Assembly (NCBI GenBank): GCA_017439185.1
Contig: JAFRTM010000006.1
Location: forward strand, 7,979-71,978
Reading direction: 5' to 3'
From: Bacteroidales bacterium
GTDB taxonomy: Bacteria; Bacteroidota; Bacteroidia; Bacteroidales; P3
DNA length: 64,000 nucleotides
Shown: positions 28,786 through 35,361 of the stretch, piece after piece
Numbering within the stretch: the first letter of the stretch is position 1
How the letters are laid out: each line of letters starts with the position of its first letter
Position numbers and translations under genes: made by a program
Notes under the pieces: model-generated
Told to the model about the DNA's origin: nothing
Databases searched by the model: none
What the model saw: the letters and a program-made list of their open reading frames with translations, nothing else

Positions 28786-30126
28786 TTAGTTTGCTATATA
28801 GCCCCATCCGGCTGCCGGCGAACTCTCTTCAAGGCTGTAGTCGTGTTTGCTCACGTCCTTGAACGCCGGGTCCTCGTCGAGGCACCTTTCTGCATCTATC
28901 CCGGTCAGGCCTCCGAGCCCCTTCACCAGGCAGTTGGTCATCGTCACGTTGAAATCGGCTCCCTCGTGACGGTCGAGGAACACCTCGCCGGCAGAATAGT
29001 TTCCGTAGATTATGCTGTTCTCGAACCTCGCCTCGGTAAGCCCCCTCAGTATCACCTGGCCGTCCACACTGCTGTACCAGTTGTTCAGCACCAGCCCCTG
29101 CAGCTTCCTTGCCGAATATTTCCAGTAGTTGGCAATCGTGGCATGGCTGAAACTGTAACGCCCGCCATACTGCAGCGCCATCACCGCAGTCCCGCAGTCG
29201 GCCATCAGCACGTTCTCGCCTTCCACCCACGCCCCCTGGGCCACCAGCGCCGCCGACGAGTGGTGCAGCACCCTCGCGTTGCTCAGTCGCAGCGTCGGCT
29301 CGGCGGTCACGTTGGAATCCACCAACAGCCCCACCACCGCGTCTTCTATCACAGCATGCGCTATCTCGTTGTTCTTGCTCCCGGCACTCAGCCAGATCCC
29401 CTGCCACTGCCCGGGCAGATCTCTGTACCACTCCTCCCCTCGCCTCAGCGCGGTGAAGAGCACAGGCTGCTCGCTGCTCCCGTTCACCTTCAGGCAGCCG
29501 TCGTTATAAACCCACAGCATCGCGTCTGCGGCAAAGTAAAGCTCGTCACCAGCCGTAAGGGTCAGCATCGTCGCCGAGTCCACCACTGCCCACCCCACTA
29601 TCACGTGCGGCCTGCTGTGGTCCCAACCCTCGCAGTCTATCACCGAATAGGGCTTCCCCTCCGCCGGCAGGTGATACACAGCGTTCCTTCCGAACGCCCT
29701 CAGCACCACGCTCTGCATCTCGCCTCCCTCCACGGCCACGTCTATAAAGTCCTCCACCAGGAACGGCTCCGTCGCCGAGTTGGGATTCACGTTGACCCTC
29801 ACAAACACGAAACTGCTGTCACCCTTCGCTATCTCCAATCCCCTTACCGCCATCGACGTGTCGCCGTCCACGTTCAGCCGGTACCTCGAAGCCCTACCAC
29901 CCCTCAGCGTCACGTCAACACTCAGGTCCTCGCCCGACCGGTTGTATATCATCACAGCCTTCGTGACCGACCCCATCGTCGTAAACACCGTGTCGAAAGT
30001 CAGCGTGTCCGTCGAGAACGCCAGCGGCCTGTCTCCGACCAGCTCCCCCTCCTTCCGGCACGACACCGTCGCCAGCGCCACGGCAGCCACTATCACCATT
30101 CCATATATCAGTCGCGTTATACGCAT
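28786..30126 (-). CDS. Hypothetical lipoprotein (Ig-like N-terminal region plus beta-helix-like C-terminal region)
   Basis: 446 aa with lipobox LATVSC. No specific family recognised. Confidence 0.6.
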   Translation of the reverse strand: MRITRLIYGMVIVAAVALATVSCRKEGELVGDRPLAFSTDTLTFDTVFTTMGSVTKAVMIYNRSGEDLSVDVTLRGGRASRYRLNVDGDTSMAVRGLEIAKGDSSFVFVRVNVNPNSATEPFLVEDFIDVAVEGGEMQSVVLRAFGRNAVYHLPAEGKPYSVIDCEGWDHSRPHVIVGWAVVDSATMLTLTAGDELYFAADAMLWVYNDGCLKVNGSSEQPVLFTALRRGEEWYRDLPGQWQGIWLSAGSKNNEIAHAVIEDAVVGLLVDSNVTAEPTLRLSNARVLHHSSAALVAQGAWVEGENVLMADCGTAVMALQYGGRYSFSHATIANYWKYSARKLQGLVLNNWYSSVDGQVILRGLTEARFENSIIYGNYSAGEVFLDRHEGADFNVTMTNCLVKGLGGLTGIDAERCLDEDPAFKDVSKHDYSLEESSPAAGWGYIAN

Positions 30127-30249
30127 TATACTATATTATATATAAAAAAAACACTATATATAAACGCAACATTTCACGTTTTATTATATAAGAATACATA
30201 AAATTTATTAAAACTCCTCCTTACCTCCCCCCAAATTCCCTCTTTCCCC

Positions 30250-30930
30250 TCAGCGTATCGTGATAGTCGTTTTGCCCGGCTCCTGCTCATATTCCTCCTG
30301 CCCAGGCCTCTTATATTCTTTTATCCCCTCTCTCGGCGACGTGCCTACTATATACATCATCACATCCGTCTCGCTCCTCGCCAGCCTTATCTCCCCCAAG
30401 TCCAAATCACCCTCGATCTCCATATTCCGCCTCGTATATTCCACATATCCAGGATGAGTCACAAACATATTATACTCCCCCTTCGGCACCTTGAGCGCGA
30501 AACTCCCGTCCATACTCTCCTCAAGCACCGTGTCCAGAACAATACTCCTGGCAACAAAATACACCCTGCAAAACGGAATCGGCTCCCCCGTTACGCTGTC
30601 CCTCACCACCCCCCTCACCGTCACTCTGTCCACCCCTATCGCAATCTCCTTCCCCTCCGCCGGCTTCATTTCCGGCTCCTCCGCCTCGACCTGCAACGCC
30701 GTCGTGGCAAGCCCCAACGCCAAGCCTGCCACCGTCGCCACCTTCCCCAGCCTCACACGTTCCGCAAGCGCCCTCTCCAAGTAGCGCACCTCAGCCTCAC
30801 AGTAAGGGCAAGTACCGTCACACTCCCCCTCAAAACCACACTCCTTCGGCTCCAACGGAATACCGTTCTCCTCCGCAATCCGCCGCCGCACCTCCTTCAA
30901 ATGCCCGCAAACATCTTTCCCGTGACTCAT
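30250..30930 (-). CDS. Membrane-anchored protein: Cys-rich cytoplasmic N-terminus, one TM helix, carboxypeptidase-regulatory-like (CarboxypepD_reg) domain
   Basis: The track ORF 30250..31014 is trimmed here to ATG 30930 (MSHGKDVCGHL...). The Cys cluster is ECGFEGECDGTCPYCEAE and the TM helix is VATVAGLALGLATTAL. The CarboxypepD_reg-like part reads VRGVVRDSVTGEPIPFCRVYF...GEYNMFVTHPGY. Confidence 0.6.
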   Translation of the reverse strand: MSHGKDVCGHLKEVRRRIAEENGIPLEPKECGFEGECDGTCPYCEAEVRYLERALAERVRLGKVATVAGLALGLATTALQVEAEEPEMKPAEGKEIAIGVDRVTVRGVVRDSVTGEPIPFCRVYFVARSIVLDTVLEESMDGSFALKVPKGEYNMFVTHPGYVEYTRRNMEIEGDLDLGEIRLARSETDVMMYIVGTSPREGIKEYKRPGQEEYEQEPGKTTITIR

Positions 30931-31008
30931 AAAATTTACATTTCTACAACAATAATAACGCCACACTCCAAATTTTATTGCCCACCCCCTAAAATCACCC
31001 CAGAAACT

Positions 31009-31070
31009 GTCCACAAAAAGTCAAAATTCCATCATAGACTTACCATAGACTTGATACCTACATGATACCT
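31009..31070. repeat. ~60-nt intergenic repeat, copy 1; its inverted partner is at 43711-43770
   Basis: The sequence is GTCCACAAAAAGTCAAAATTCCATCATAGACTTACCATAGACTTGATACCTACATGATACCT. It aligns to the reverse complement of 43711-43770 with a conserved CATAGACTTA.CATAGA.TTGATACCTAC core. Internally it is built of 11-nt doublets. Confidence 0.75.
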
Positions 31071-31142
31071 AGTTACCAGCAACTTACAAAAAGCAATAAA
31101 AATAATTTTCCCAAAAAAACTTGCAAATTAAAAACAATTTAG

Positions 31143-31150
31143 TACCTTTG
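31143..31150 (+). promoter_or_regulatory. -7 promoter box (TACCTTTG) for the 31210 gene
   Basis: Matches TAnnTTTG, 60 nt upstream of ATG 31210. A TTG lies about 20 nt further upstream. Confidence 0.5.
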
Positions 31151-31166
31151 CCCCATCATTTCACCA

Positions 31167-31208
31167 CTTAGAACTTAGAACTTAGAACTCATAACTCAAA
31201 ACTCCATT
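31167..31208 (+). repeat. Heptad tandem repeat filling the 5' UTR (CTTAGAA x3, then CTCATAA, CTCAAAA, CTCCATT)
   Basis: Read directly from the sequence. Six 7-nt units end 1 nt before ATG 31210. Confidence 0.8.
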
Positions 31209-31209
31209 T

Positions 31210-31968
31210 ATGGCTCTCAACGCATCCCTAACCCACTGGCACGGCGCCCTCGGCCCCGTCATCGGCTACACCGTCCGCGGCCACCGCTACCTCCGCTCCA
31301 TGCCCTCACACATGACCAACCCCCGCACCCCCGCCCAGCAGGCCCACCGCTCCCACTTCTCCCTCGTCTCCACCTTCATCCACACCCTCGGCCCCATCTA
31401 CAAACTCGGCTACCGCTACCACAACCCCGACCTCTCACCACGCGCCAACCTCTTCCACCACATCTTCTACGACGCCGTAAATCCCCAGACCCTCACCCTC
31501 GACCCCGCCCGAGTCCTCATCTCCCGCGGCACCCTCCCCACCTTCCAGCCCACAGCCGTAAACCACACTCAATCAAATATTTCCCTCCGCTGGCACCTAA
31601 CCCAAGGCACACCCCAAGACCAGCTCCACCTCCTCCTCTACAACGTCTCCCAAGCCACTTCACGCCCCTACTACAACGCCGCCTCCCGCGCCACCGCCCA
31701 CCTAACCCTTACCCTCCCCGTCACCTGGGACCCAACAGACCATATCATCCTCTACGCCTTCTGGCACAACCCCAACACCCACGCCAACTCCGACTCCACC
31801 ATACCCCTTCAGATAAATAGCCCCAACAATCAAGACAAATACAATCAACAACTTACCCACCTCTCCCAAACCCTAACCCACTCCCACCGCCACCCAATAA
31901 CCCCCAAACTCCTCACCAAAATCCACAAACACCTGCTCCCCACTCCCGACTCCCCTCCACCACAATAA
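31210..31968 (+). CDS. DUF6266-like hypothetical protein with extreme composition (His-rich, no Glu, no Cys)
   Basis: 252-aa ORF. The N-terminus GALGPVIGYTVRGHRYLRSMPSHMTNPRTPAQQAHRSHFSLVSTF matches my memory of the DUF6266 pattern (G.vG.vvgy.wRG....Rs.P....k..T.aQ...R.kF.lv..F). The C-rich sequence disfavours stop codons, so ORF length alone is weak evidence. Confidence 0.5.
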   Translation: MALNASLTHWHGALGPVIGYTVRGHRYLRSMPSHMTNPRTPAQQAHRSHFSLVSTFIHTLGPIYKLGYRYHNPDLSPRANLFHHIFYDAVNPQTLTLDPARVLISRGTLPTFQPTAVNHTQSNISLRWHLTQGTPQDQLHLLLYNVSQATSRPYYNAASRATAHLTLTLPVTWDPTDHIILYAFWHNPNTHANSDSTIPLQINSPNNQDKYNQQLTHLSQTLTHSHRHPITPKLLTKIHKHLLPTPDSPPPQ

Positions 31969-32008
31969 ATAAATATAAATACACCATATATTATTATAGC
32001 TTCTGACT

Positions 32009-32497
32009 ATGACGAAGAAAAAACTATTGGCATTTTTCATACCCGTCTCCCTGCTGTTGTGCAGTTGCGACCCGTCATGTTCTATGGATCCGTACGACTA
32101 CAACGCCTGCACTGTCGCCAACAAAACCTCCGACAGCCTATGGGTGGTGTGGTACAGCGCCGACCGATACGACAAGAACTGCGACACAGTGAAATTAGCC
32201 CCGAAGGAAGAAGCCCCTGTTTACACCTTCGGATGTGGCCGGTATTCTTATGAAAGCAAACCAGGCTGCCTATATTTCATCGGGCAGGGAGCCTACAATA
32301 TGGACAAGCCGATTTTTGACTCCATCGCCTTTTATGTCCGCGACTCCCTGATGAGCATCTACTACCCACCCATGCGCGATATGGGCGACACCAACAGTTT
32401 CTTCAACCGCTACTCCTGGACTGAACAAGAAATCGACGAGAGAAACGGAAAATCGACATTCACATATACCGAGGCCGATTTCGGCCATAGATTCTAA
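32009..32497 (+). CDS. Hypothetical lipoprotein, paralog 1
   Basis: 162 aa with lipobox LLLCSC. Shares the motif YYPPMRDMGDTNSFFNRYSW with the next gene. Confidence 0.7.
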   Translation: MTKKKLLAFFIPVSLLLCSCDPSCSMDPYDYNACTVANKTSDSLWVVWYSADRYDKNCDTVKLAPKEEAPVYTFGCGRYSYESKPGCLYFIGQGAYNMDKPIFDSIAFYVRDSLMSIYYPPMRDMGDTNSFFNRYSWTEQEIDERNGKSTFTYTEADFGHRF

Positions 32498-32507
32498 ACA
32501 GAATATT

Positions 32508-33017
32508 ATGAAAAACGCCATTCCACTTGTAATCGCCAATATCATGATTGCTGCGTGCCTATGCAGCTGCATCTCTTCCACCTGCAACACCGACGAGGAA
32601 AACGGAAATGCGGCATACATAAAAAACGCATCCAACGACTCCATTCTCGTCCACATATATCGCGGCATCGATTCGGTCCCAGCCTCTATCTACGACCTGC
32701 GTATCGCCCCTGGCGAAAGCAAGATGTCATACTACATCGGATGCTCAAAACCACTTGGCATATTCTCCACAGGCAAACGCATAAGCTTTCCCGATTATTG
32801 CATCCAAGAAGACCTGGCCTATTACCTGGTGCGCGTCTATGTAAACGACATGCTGAAAACCGAATACTGGGGCCCAATGCGCGATATGGACGACACCAAC
32901 AGCTTCTTCAATGTCCACTCCTGGGAAGAGTCGCGCCGCGGCAAAGCCCACCACTTCACCCAATCCACTTTTACCATCTCCGACGCCGACCTCCGACAAC
33001 GGCACCACAGCGACTAA
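32508..33017 (+). CDS. Hypothetical lipoprotein, paralog 2
   Basis: 169 aa with lipobox ACLCSC. Shares the motif YWGPMRDMDDTNSFFNVHSW with the previous gene. Confidence 0.7.
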   Translation: MKNAIPLVIANIMIAACLCSCISSTCNTDEENGNAAYIKNASNDSILVHIYRGIDSVPASIYDLRIAPGESKMSYYIGCSKPLGIFSTGKRISFPDYCIQEDLAYYLVRVYVNDMLKTEYWGPMRDMDDTNSFFNVHSWEESRRGKAHHFTQSTFTISDADLRQRHHSD

Positions 33018-33109
33018 AATTCCTCCAATCTCCTACTGATTATTAGGAGATTAGAAAAAAATTATAGTTTTTTTGCAATAAAATTGCTTCTTATGTTACT
33101 AAAAAGTAG

Positions 33110-33117
33110 TAAATTTG
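33110..33117 (+). promoter_or_regulatory. -7 promoter box (TAAATTTG) for the DUF1573 gene
   Basis: Matches TAnnTTTG, 43 nt upstream of ATG 33160. Confidence 0.5.
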
Positions 33118-33159
33118 CAAACGCAATCTAAAGTTATAAAAACATTAAACATTCCTATT

Positions 33160-33588
33160 ATGAAGAAGTTATTCTTATTAAGCCTTATCGCAGTTCTTAC
33201 TTTTGGCACTGCAAAAGCTCAGGACAACCAGACGACTCCCGCCAACGGCGCTAAGATCCAGTTCACCGAGATGGAACATAACTACGGCACCATACAGAAA
33301 GGCGGCAACGGCGAGTGCAAGTTCGTCTTCCAGAACACCGGCAACGAGCCCCTCATCCTTTCCAACGTGAAAGCTTCCTGCGGCTGCACCGTCCCCACGT
33401 GGCCCAAAGAACCCATCATGCCTGGCAAGTCAAATGAAATCACCGTGAAGTACAACACCAACAACGTCGGCGGATTCAACAAGACCATCACCGTCACCTC
33501 CAACGCTGTGGACAACCCACGCCTGGTTCTCAAGATTAAAGGTACTGTGGAAGCCGGTGCAACTACAACACCTCAACCGGAGAAATAA
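33160..33588 (+). CDS. DUF1573 domain-containing secreted protein
   Basis: The track ORF is trimmed to ATG 33160 (MKKLFLLSLIAVLTFGTAKAQ). FQNTGNEPLILSNVKASCGCTVPTWPKEPIMPGK is the classic DUF1573 core. Confidence 0.85.
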   Translation: MKKLFLLSLIAVLTFGTAKAQDNQTTPANGAKIQFTEMEHNYGTIQKGGNGECKFVFQNTGNEPLILSNVKASCGCTVPTWPKEPIMPGKSNEITVKYNTNNVGGFNKTITVTSNAVDNPRLVLKIKGTVEAGATTTPQPEK

Positions 33589-33625
33589 GACAAGTGTTCC
33601 CATATAGGAAAAAATGACAATGGAC

Positions 33626-33665
33626 AATTGTGGCTATGCTGAACGCATAGCCACAATTTCTGAAT
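33626..33665 (+). terminator. Intrinsic terminator hairpin after the DUF1573 gene
   Basis: A perfect 14-bp stem AATTGTGGCTATGC / GCATAGCCACAATT with loop TGAAC, followed by a T-rich stretch. Confidence 0.7.
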
Positions 33666-33693
33666 TTAATAATATTCAATAACTTAAAGCATT

Positions 33694-34893
33694 ATGCCAC
33701 AAATATCAAATAAAGGTTACGATCTGCCGCAGTCGGCAATCCGCAAACTGGTTCCGTTCGCCGACGAGGCGAAGAGCCGCGGAATACACGTCTATCATCT
33801 GAATATCGGCCAGCCCGACATCGAGACCCCCAAAGGTGCTCTGAAGACTCTCGCCGAGACCAAGATCGGCGTCCTCGCCTACAGCCACAGCGCCGGCAAC
33901 CTCTCCTACCGCAAGAAACTCTGTGAGTACTACGCCAAGCACGACATCCACGTCACCCCGGAGCAGATTATCGTCACCACCGGCGGCTCGGAGGCTCTTC
34001 AGTTCGCCTTCACCGTGTGCCTCAACCCTGGCGACGAGATCATCATCCCTGAACCCTACTACACCAACTACAACACCTTCGCCAAGCTCTGCGACGCCAC
34101 CATCAAGACCATCCCGAGCGACATCCATAGCGGCTTCGCACTGCCTCCCATCGAGGCCTTCGAAAAGGCTATCACTCCGCGCACCCGCGCCATCATGATA
34201 TGCAACCCCAACAACCCAACCGGTTACCTCTACACCAAAGAGGAACTCCTCAAAGTCGCCGAGATAGTGAAGAAGCACGACCTCTTCCTCTTCGCCGACG
34301 AGGTCTATCGTGAGTTCTGCTACGACGGTCACGAGCATTTCAGCGTCATGCAGCTCGAAGGCCTTGAGAAGAACGTGGTCCTCTTCGACTCTGTGTCGAA
34401 ACGCTACAGCGCCTGCGGTGCACGCGTGGGTTGCATGGTCACCAAGAACGAGGAGGTCTATTCCATCGCCATGCGTCTTGCTCAGGCCCGTCTCTCCCCT
34501 CCCAGCTTCGGTCAGATCTTCGGCGAGGCAGCCGTCGACACCCCGCAGGACTATTTCGACGCCGTCGCCAAGGAGTATGTGGCTCGCCGCAACGTCATCG
34601 TCGAGGGCATCAACAAGATCCCCGGCTGCTTCTGCCCCAACCCCAAGGGTGCTTTCTACACCGTCGTGGAGTTGCCCGTTGACGACAGCGACAAGTTCTG
34701 CAAATGGCTCCTCACCGACTTCAACTACAACAACGAGACCGTGATGATGGCCCCGGCCACCGGCTTCTACGTCAATCCCGAAGACGGCCGCCATCAAGCC
34801 CGCATCACCTATTGCCTCTGCATCGAAGACCTGAAGCACGCTGTGAAATGCCTCGAAGAGGCACTGAAGGTTTATCCGGGAAGGACAAAATAG
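33694..34893 (+). CDS. Class I/II PLP-dependent aminotransferase (aspartate aminotransferase-like)
   Basis: 399 aa with the PLP-lysine region FDSVSKRYSACGARVG and NPNNPTG. Confidence 0.85.
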   Translation: MPQISNKGYDLPQSAIRKLVPFADEAKSRGIHVYHLNIGQPDIETPKGALKTLAETKIGVLAYSHSAGNLSYRKKLCEYYAKHDIHVTPEQIIVTTGGSEALQFAFTVCLNPGDEIIIPEPYYTNYNTFAKLCDATIKTIPSDIHSGFALPPIEAFEKAITPRTRAIMICNPNNPTGYLYTKEELLKVAEIVKKHDLFLFADEVYREFCYDGHEHFSVMQLEGLEKNVVLFDSVSKRYSACGARVGCMVTKNEEVYSIAMRLAQARLSPPSFGQIFGEAAVDTPQDYFDAVAKEYVARRNVIVEGINKIPGCFCPNPKGAFYTVVELPVDDSDKFCKWLLTDFNYNNETVMMAPATGFYVNPEDGRHQARITYCLCIEDLKHAVKCLEEALKVYPGRTK

Positions 34894-35358
34894 ATGACCC
34901 GCGAAGAAAAACGCCATAACGTGATATGCTCCTGCATCCAACAGCAGGAGCATATTGCTATTGTGGCCAAGCAGGAGATGGACTCGGCCCAGCAGCAGAG
35001 CAACGATTACGGCGCCAACGTGGACCGCTACGACAGCTACCGCACCAAGATGATGCGTGCCCGCGACATGTATGCCAAGCAGCTCTCCAATGCCAACGCT
35101 GGCCTGCGTGTGCTCGGCGACCTGCAAAAGCTGCCTCCTTTCGACACCGCCGACCACGGCGCCATCGTCATCACCGACCGCCAGCGCTTCTTCCTGAGCA
35201 TCGGATTAGGAAAATTCCAGGTGGAAACTGACGACAGCAAGGAAGACTTCTACGCCATCTCCGCCCAAACGCCAGTCTACATGGCCCTCAAAGGCAAAAA
35301 AACCGGCGAATCCATCACCATCAACGGCCTAACCCAGACCATCAAGGAAATATTCTAA
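34894..35358 (+). CDS. GreA/GreB-family C-terminal-domain protein
   Basis: 154 aa. The C-terminus ISAQTPVYMALKGKKTGESITING resembles the GreA C-terminal motif. The ATG directly abuts the upstream TAG (TAGATG). Confidence 0.6.
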   Translation: MTREEKRHNVICSCIQQQEHIAIVAKQEMDSAQQQSNDYGANVDRYDSYRTKMMRARDMYAKQLSNANAGLRVLGDLQKLPPFDTADHGAIVITDRQRFFLSIGLGKFQVETDDSKEDFYAISAQTPVYMALKGKKTGESITINGLTQTIKEIF

Positions 35359-35361
35359 GCC

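Noticed and set aside
33706-35157. 483-aa minus-strand ORF opposite the aminotransferase and GreA-like genes.
   Set aside because: It is an antisense shadow with a Gly/Val/Ala/Asp/Glu-rich, low-information sequence. The plus-strand genes have clear catalytic motifs.
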